Assembly: GCF_006345805.1 (NCBI RefSeq)
Contig: NC_043002.1
Coordinates: 116,870,001 to 116,934,000, forward strand
DNA length: 64,000 nucleotides
Reading direction: 5' to 3'
Source: Octopus sinensis
Lineage: Eukaryota
The notes below the pieces were generated by a model that was given only the letters and a program-made list of their open reading frames with translations, was not told the DNA's origin and ran no database searches. The position numbers and the translations under genes were made by a program. Positions 55,561-64,000 of this stretch are shown piece by piece (position 1 is the stretch's first letter; every line of letters starts with the position of its first letter).

Positions 55561-56733
55561 CCTCAGTCTGTCAAGCCTCACACAGCACCAACGATCTTCA
55601 TTCTCCGATTTTTGATTGTTGAATAGTTATTGATCTATACAGACAAGTATCTGAATTGTTTTTGCCTTTCTGGGTTAAGGTTTTATTGGAAAGCCATTAA
55701 CGGGCCTACTATTATTAAGATTTATCATTCCTTTAATCTACAAGAGGCTGGAGGTTTGTCATTCCTTTAATCTGTTAGAGGCTGTGATCTAGACCTCTCC
55801 GGAACTCAAGGGGCACAGTATCAATGATAAATTTACGAATAGGTTAGCCGGTCTCATCCAGAAATGGGTTAAAAGAAAGCAGTCTTTAAAATATCGGACA
55901 GAGGCGGCAAACGTAGCAAACTTTCGCTATATACTATCCCTTGGTCGTCATACCTTACCCTATTTCTCGCCTGGTCACATTAGAGCTTCCGATGTTCTGC
56001 TTCATGTGAAGGAGACGTGTTTAATTGGTCAAACACTACATTTGTACTCAAGAAGCCTATCTCCGAGGTTTTCTTCCTTGCTTCAGCTACAAAGATTTCT
56101 AAATAGTGAGTGGGTGTCTTGTTCTTTGTGGGGCACATACTTTCACAGCTCGTCTCTTTGAAAGAGCTGCAGTTCTGGATCAAAAAATGCTAATATTAGG
56201 CGCCTGGCGTTTGGAGTCTTGTGCGATGCTTACAAATTTCTACTACTTGAGGAATGCAGCCAGTGGAAGTGGCGCATTAGTTTTCATATCGAGGTGAGGA
56301 ATAGCGACCACGAGTGACTTTCAGAAATCTCTGGCCTTATGGCCTGGCAGTGAATTTCACGTTTATATTGGTAGTTGGCAAAGGACTGGCGTTAATAAAT
56401 CAAAATTTGCAGCATTGAACGCATGTTGAAAGTTATTATTAATATACATTTTCAGAAACGGTGAATTATCGAATTATGTGATCAGTCGTAATAATTTATG
56501 TTCTTTCATGCTCTGAGTTAAAAAGTTCGCTTGGGTTTAATTTAACTTTTTATGTTTTTAAGATAAATACAAATAAGTAACTATTATGCAGTGGGAGTAA
56601 TCTAATTAATTTGGAGTTTATAAATAATCTTATATAATTTGGAGTTTATAAATAATCTTATATAATTTTCCTTCTGAAACAATATCAAAGGTATTAAAAA
56701 TGTTGATATAAATTTTTGTGAAACAATACTTAC

Positions 56734-56852
56734 TGCACGCAGCCAGTACGGTGCTCTATGCACTCGTACACCACGGAAAAACATATTCGCAACAACACAA
56801 GCAAATACTGTGGATAGGGTAATCATCACCATACTAAGGCAAAAATATGCAC
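56734..56852 (-). CDS. Nicotinic acetylcholine receptor-like (Cys-loop cation channel) subunit, penultimate coding exon (M3 helix and start of MX)
   Basis: Minus strand reads gtttcag|GT GCA TAT...CGT GCA|gtaagt, a 119-nt exon with phase 1 start and phase 0 end. It translates to (G)AYFCLSMVMITLSTVFACVVANMFFRGVRVHRAPYWLRA, matching the nAChR M3 pattern (G.YF...M.....S....V.V.N) plus the P.W motif. It splices in frame to the exon at 53161. Confidence 0.92.
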
Positions 56853-58241
56853 CTGAAACGTAAAACAAAATATTTAGTAATATTTATTCACACAGAATCT
56901 CAAAACATAAATACCGCTTCTCTTAGTCTTCAAATTATTGTAGAACGTTTGCAGGTTCTATTCTTCCAAAAGTATTCGAGAATTTAAATGTATAACAGAA
57001 AATACTTCCCCATATTTTTACAATTTCATAGCAGGAATATATATTTTAAATGTCACAATTATGTTATCAAGTAAGTAGAGGCGTTGATCATCTAATAATA
57101 TATTTTTCAAGATGTATCTGTTATAATATTTGGAAAAGGAAAAGTAACAATTCTCCTAATATGCACAATGTTCTCTGTTCAAGTCTGGAATCTTTTGAAG
57201 ATTCGCACTAGATTTTAGTATATATGCAACCGTTGCTTACTAATTTGAAACTGAAGACTGTAGAAAATTTTGTCCACTAAAACTCAAAAGCCACCTAAAA
57301 TACTAGAAGCTTATATCTGTTTCAAATCGACAATAGGTTTTTTTAAATTTCTTAACTTTATCACTAAATTATTACTGGTTTACTAATAGCTTAGTGTTTT
57401 ATAAATTACTTTGTTATGTTCCAGACGACGCACCACCATCAGCAGCTGGCACAAAATTCTCCAGGCAGTGACCCATGGTCTTTCGAGAGCAACGGATGTC
57501 TTAAGGATGTGCCATTACTTATTTCATGAAAGATTTACATAAATGATATAACTTATATCATCACGATATAACTTTGTTTAATTAAATCCTTTAACATTCC
57601 AGACAAATTTCTAAATATTAATTTTAACATAGAATTTAATCACTATAATTTACAACTATTCACAATGGACAAAACATTCTTCAAGTTTGAGCCTAAGTGT
57701 GTTTTTATTTCCTCTTAATTTTCTGTTGATTCTAAATGAGGAAACTACACCAGGAAGTTATTTTGTGAAAGAAAACAAACATGAACAAATTCCATTGATT
57801 AGATACAACTTCCAAATAGCGTTTTCACTGGATTACTACTAATTTGACGCAAATTAGTTGATAAAATATACACGTTTGATAATAAATTGAAGTAAAATGA
57901 AACGTTACTAAGGTAAATTATAAATATACATAACATACAGTTCTAATATCTGAAAGAAAGATGAAGAATTGCATTTTGTTCATTTGATTCTATTGCTTTA
58001 ACGGATCATATATTTTTACAGTCCATAATAACTATGTTGCCGACTACAAAAATGTACAAAAAGGTAAATAATAAAATAAAGAACAGAAAATACAATTATA
58101 ATTGATCAAACGGAAAATGAAAAGTCAAACAATGAATAGATAAGCAATCTGTTCATAAATTCTATTATATAATACGTGATCTCAGACACGATATCGACTG
58201 CACAGACCCTTTAGATGTCATTTCAGTTGTGAAAAATAAAG

Positions 58242-58254
58242 TAATAATAATAAC

Positions 58255-58325
<71 letters not shown>

Positions 58326-58330
58326 TAATA

Positions 58331-58367
<37 letters not shown>

Positions 58368-58372
58368 TAATA

Positions 58373-58430
<58 letters not shown>

Positions 58431-58491
58431 TAATAATACCAACAACAACAAAAATAACAAAAATAACAAAACAACAGCAACAGCAAAAACA

Positions 58492-58590
<99 letters not shown>

Positions 58591-58613
58591 TAATAATAAT
58601 AAATAATAATAAT
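58242..58613. repeat. (AAT)n microsatellite, presumably intronic
   Basis: Direct reading. Confidence 0.95.
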
Positions 58614-59959
58614 AAACTATCAGCAGTTCTATCAGCTGTATGCACATTTTAAAGGCGCGATTGTCTTGCTTAGGATTGGGTAACAAGTGGTCATAAGGAA
58701 CATGAAATGGGATAAAATAAAATATTTTGAGTGTAATGCATAAGTCCGTTTTTATCAAAGACATAGTCATGAAGCAAATAAGTATTTTTATTGTTTAATG
58801 TCCCTTTTATGAGATGCTATATTTAATATATATTGATATTTGACTTTAAAGTTTATTTTAATTTATAGGTTTAATTATACCTGAGCAAAAACAGAAACAA
58901 ACTATACTGCTATTAGTATTTAGGCTAAATGCAGATATAATGAAGACGTTTATTTTCTAATAGAATATTCTTTAAAAAAATATTAGTGAATAAAATGACA
59001 GCATAAAAAATTTCTGCATAATTGTGATGATTATTTTGTGACAAATTTCTTTAAAAGACCATAAACCTCAACGGAGAAATACCTTTTTACTAAAAGGTAT
59101 TTTGCAATTTTATTTCAAATTAGCTATATCCTTCTTCCTTCTACCCAACGTAAATTTATTTTAATAATATAACAAGAGCTTTTAGAAAAGAAAAACTGTT
59201 AAATAAATATATTAATTTCGTAACCAAGGAACAATGGTTTCAGGACAAAATGAAAACCTATCAATCAATATAATTTTACGGGAATATATCTTTCGGTAAC
59301 ACCTAAAAAGATTCCCTGATCGTTGGTCTGCTTGATAATACTTGCTACAGTAAAATGTGTGTGTCTTTCCGTCCTATTCACCCACCAGTGAAAAGTAATA
59401 TCAACGCCTTGCTGGAGTAACTAAACGTGTACTTTCAAATGTAAACCAACAAAGTTTATTAGTTTTAGATATGCCTGTGTGTTTTCGCGTACTTTTTTGA
59501 TGCGCATGCGTTTGTTACTTGTCAATATATTAAACAATACGTCTCAATATAATTGTTTCGGGTTTATAACGACTAATTTTACTTACACGTGTCATACAAT
59601 CGCATTCGAACATGCATGAAATTTAATATCTGAATATAACAAATTAAATATTACTATACATTAACAAATTATAGATCAATGGGAATACACCTACAAATTT
59701 CTGAAAACAACGGAGGTATTTTGCAAGTGTTGAGTGACAGGAATAGTACTGTTTCATTCTTGCTGTTATCACCTTGATGTGACAAATTTATGTCAAGCTA
59801 TAAATCATTCACGACACCAAACCACCTTCTTTGGTCATCATAATGTTATTGATTCTAAACAATTTTTAAATCAATATAAGGGGAAGGCTTTATGGGTTTC
59901 TTGTACGCACGTCTCATAATTTGCCCAAAAAGGTGTTTGCATAAATATCACTTTTCATT

Positions 59960-59991
<32 letters not shown>

Positions 59992-60066
59992 ACACTCTCT
60001 CTCTCTATATATATATATACATACATATATATATATATGTATATATATATGTATACATACACACAT

Positions 60067-60100
<34 letters not shown>

Positions 60101-61348
60101 GTGTGTGTGTGCGCGTATATACATATATAAATAATCTACATACACGAAGATTTTAATTTCTGTTCTATTTTAATAGAGTTTCTTTAACTCATCTCATTGT
60201 TTCAAACATTCAGATAATGAAATAGATAATAGACAACCAAGTCTAAAATATGACTGCATTTGATTAAAGGCTAAAAGCCTTACAGAAATTAGATCCAGGT
60301 CTTTTTCGTTTGCTAGCTTTCTAATTGCTAAACTACGTATGTTTTTCGAGTAAAAGGCACACGTCGTAAATTTTCCATTGGCATTTCAGTTAGCTTGATA
60401 AGGAGATTAATTTTACATGCAGCACTATATTTTAATCTCTCTGAAACTTTGGTAACTGGGTGTGGTCAAAGCAGCCAGAAATCGAACTCATTTCATTTAA
60501 GTTTTTGTCAATTGAAATTTCGACATTCCTTTGATAACTTCATTTCAGATCAATGGCTTTTTTTCTTATTACCGTTATAAATTCAATACCCTCAACCTTA
60601 TTTTCCGTTCACTGAATTAAGCCTGCATGTAACTACATATATAATATATGATACATAGATATACGTATATCTTTGAGTTTATTTGTACGTCTGTATGTGT
60701 TTCTAGGGGTGGGGGTGCACGCTAACTCTACTCTTACATCGATAATATAAATTGAATCAAAACGTAACTTAAAGGGAAAATATAATCGGTGACATTATAT
60801 GCATCTATATGTTCGGATCTGACACCAAATTTTTGATGTAGTAAATATAACTTGTGTCTATCACATAAAACTATGACAGGACTTGATATGGCTGACGTAG
60901 CACTTTTCATATATATAGATGCGGTGGACTTATTGGACAAACATTCAAGGGGAATGATTTTCTTTTAAATACGAACAAAATGAATTAAAAGAACAGAAAC
61001 AATTCTAGTGAGCATACCCAATGCTACGACATACATTAAAAATGAATTTCTGCAAACAAAATTATCTTTGAGTAAATGAGACAAACAAAGCAAAACAGCA
61101 AAATGGACTTTTGACTGTGAATATAACACAACAAAATGGTCCGACGCTTGCTAATACAACTTATTAACACTGCTTTCGTAAAGCAAAGTAGATTCGTACA
61201 TGTACTAAATGTTTTTGTTTTTTTATTGTTAATCCTTGGCTTTTACCGAACTGAATAACAGTAACAATGTCGCAATAGAATACTCTGTATATATATCTAC
61301 GTGCCCGCCAAGATTTGTTATCATTCTTTAATATTCATCTAAGTGGGA

Positions 61349-61566
61349 AAGCAGTGAGCTAGCAGAACCGTTAGCAGGATGGACAAAATACTTAGCGGCA
61401 TTTCGTTCATCCTTACATTCTGAGTTCAAATTCTACCGAGGTTGACTTGCCTTTCATCCTTTCAGAGTCGATAAAATATGTATTAATTGAGCACTGGGGT
61501 CCATGTTATCGACTTGCCTACTCCCCCGAAATTGCTGGCCTTGTGCCAAAATTTGAAATAATTATT
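61349..61566 (+). mobile_element. SINE family B
   Basis: gcagtgagctagcagaaccgttagc..cttacattctgagttcaaattctaccgaggttgac..gcactggggtc..gccaaaatttgaaa. Confidence 0.8.
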
Positions 61567-62679
61567 AGCCTAGGTGAATCATCAGCAATATCATATGACA
61601 ACAGCTCCGACACGGTTTCTTGTCTGAAAGAAGACTACAGAAATTTCGATAAATAGGCAAACATTACTACTTTCGTTCTGACTTATTGTATTACTAGATT
61701 ATGTTTCTGCGGCCGCGGTTACTACTGGTATTAGTACTATCATTTACTGCTCCTGCTACCACTGTTGCAACGGTTATTGTGTTTACCTTGCTACTTCTGA
61801 TTTGTAGGTCTTTCAATCTTTCACACTGAAACCGCGTCTAGAGCAACTGAATCTTTCGCAGTCCTCAACTCTTTTCAATGAGTTCCTCTCATCCCCTCAC
61901 ATATTCCAAACCGAAACTCACCTACACTCAAAATACACTTCATATGTATCTAACCTTCAATAAAATAGTCGTTACCAAACCGTCTTCGCACTTATGGAAT
62001 CGGCCAACTGTCCCACTGCAACTACCTGACACACATCCACATATCCCACAGAAAACCCTACACCCAATATACTTCAAGTCAACCCACTTGGAGCTCTGTC
62101 GGTTTTATGCCAACTCCCGTCATATGTGCCCCTGAGCAATCACAAAGAGTTGAGAGAGTGACTGAAAGTAACTATAAGTATGTGTGTGTAGAGAGAATGA
62201 GAGAGACAGAGAGTGAGCGGTATGGGGAAGAAAGAAAGTAAGAAACAAATAACTAAAAACACAAAGCTAAGCTCTTCGATTCAGAGAAAACAAATAGGGC
62301 CGAATTATCTTTACTCTTCATTTGTAATTGACTAACTCATACTCAGACTTGTGTTTATTTTACGCCTGTACTGATTTTCAATATATTATCATGGGCCATG
62401 AGTCAATTATTAGCCTAATAGTTTGCGGAAACTGTTCTGTAACTCGTTACGCAAGATCATATATGATTTCAGCGCGTTTTCTATGAACGTGAAGGCGATC
62501 AACATGCTATAAACACTGAGTTTTGCTATCTAATACATAATCTCTACTTTTCTATTTTAACTAAAAAAATTTTCAGAGACATTAACATAACCTAAAGTAA
62601 AGTTTGTATTTGCTGTCTGCTAGTTTTGTGCCCCTTTCCGTTAACAAAAGTAAAGCATATAAGTAAAAATGAAGGTTGT

Positions 62680-62721
62680 CGTGTGTGTGTGTTTGCGCGC
62701 GAGTGTGTGTGTGTGCATGCC

Positions 62722-62787
<66 letters not shown>
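62680..62787. repeat. (GT)n microsatellite
   Basis: Direct reading. Confidence 0.95.
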
Positions 62788-62790
<3 letters not shown>

Positions 62791-64000
62791 TATGCCTGGC
62801 CATGGGATTATTTATATCAAAAGGCAACTTAGCTATATAATAAAAGAAGTCAATAACAAATAGTAGGCTGAATAATTATTGGGGCCGATATGATCGATTA
62901 AGATCATTGTAGACAGTCCCTGTACATAGGCACAATTGAGTGAGTAGTACCAGCAAAAGGATAAAGTAGCATATATATGTATGCGCTTGTATTCGCGTAT
63001 AAGTACCTGGTCATAAGAATATACGTAATAGTGAAACATACGTGTATTCATGACTTTCAAATAACTAAGCTTATATTTTATTAAAATAGTCAATGGATGA
63101 GCTGTAAACAATGAAAGATTGGCTACGGTTACGTATTGCAACATACAATTCAAAAGATAGATTCCCTATAACATTTTCGATATATTTAAACGAACAAATA
63201 CTTTCTTTGCAATTAAACAGAATTGCAAAGATAGATGAAATTAGAAATACATACCATTTTTTATAACTGCTTATCTTGATGTGTCTCAGGCTGGTAGATG
63301 ATGCTGAAATATTAACTTACTTCTCACTGCCAGTGTTCGTTTATTACCCAGTGAAACATGTTAGAGTACTGCCACCCTCCAAATATTGGAGAATATTCAC
63401 TAAACAAATGATTTATTCAATATCAAAAATTATGCTATTTCTATTAGAATCTTAGACATATTTTAAATAAAATAGACTATCACCACTTGAATATAAATGT
63501 TCCTTAGAACTTCTTAGAACTTGTTTTACTCTTTATTTAGTATATATGAAAACAAAAGAATATGTTTTGCGTTGGGTGAAATGATTAATTCAACAACTAA
63601 ATTAGATATTTTATTCTAAGGTTTTATCCTCAAAGACTGTCTAAAATTTGTTATTAACATCTCAAAATTTCAAACTTTTACTAAGGCAGTTTCAATTAGA
63701 TCACTTTTCGGATACACTCTCATGATTGAGAGAGTCGATCTAAAAGAAGTCAATTTAAAATTTCTAAATAAAGATTCTAACACTAATTTCACTGTTAAAA
63801 GCAGCAAGAAAAATATTTGCAATAAACCTTCCAAAACTTCTGGTTAAGATTTACTTAAGCGTACCTTAAGCGTCTATTTTGATTGGATTGAATTATCAAA
63901 TTGATTCCCTCCAAAATATCCGCCCTGTGAAGACCGCAGATTCCACACTAGAACATAGTATATATATAATATTGCATGTACATACATTATATATATGTAC

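Noticed and set aside
56609-56664. 28-bp tandem duplication near the donor site (also short tandem repeats at ~45388 and ~55722)
   Set aside because: Ordinary slippage duplications; two or three units without spacers, not CRISPR-like.
52700-56852. Calling the gene an octopus chemotactile receptor or giving it a CHRNA symbol
   Set aside because: The ligand-binding domain and M2 are outside the window, and the introns and long intracellular loop do not favour a chemotactile receptor. Orthology cannot be assigned by eye.
58165-58770. 201-aa ORF with poly-Y/poly-I (also poly-N/T ORFs at 10484, 14996, 42985)
   Set aside because: (AAT)n and (ACT)n microsatellite translation.
61018-61049. Possible 32-nt exon (NSFLMYVVALG) with phase compatible with the M3 exon
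   Set aside because: It has AG/GT ends but does not resemble the expected M2-M3 linker (P.TS..VPLI), so it is probably chance.

Overview
AT-rich, microsatellite-dense eukaryotic genomic DNA. The SINE repertoire and the dense (TA)n/(AAT)n/(AGAT)n tracts look like Octopus/coleoid cephalopod, but this is recalled from memory, not from a search. Only one host gene is supported: the last two coding exons (M3; MX-intracellular loop-MA-M4) of a nicotinic acetylcholine receptor-like Cys-loop subunit on the minus strand (56852-56734 and 53161-52700). Its upstream exons were not found in the window. The rest is a transposon landscape: an internally deleted mariner nested in a hAT/Buster fossil; a cluster of R4/Dong and Tx1 retrotransposons sitting in (AAT)n tracts; further degraded Dong, Hero-like, Tx1, Tc1, RTE-like, CR1/L2-like and Helitron-like remnants; and several tRNA-type SINEs. 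The most unusual signals are non-coding. Several fold-back (palindromic) elements carry hammerhead-ribozyme-like motifs, some with variant cores (6602-6755, 22454-23202, 26275-27270). A Tx1 copy has a 5' end folded back into a ~200-bp-arm hairpin, and its ORF carries a patch of SINE head sequence. Most ORFs in the supplied track are microsatellite artefacts.
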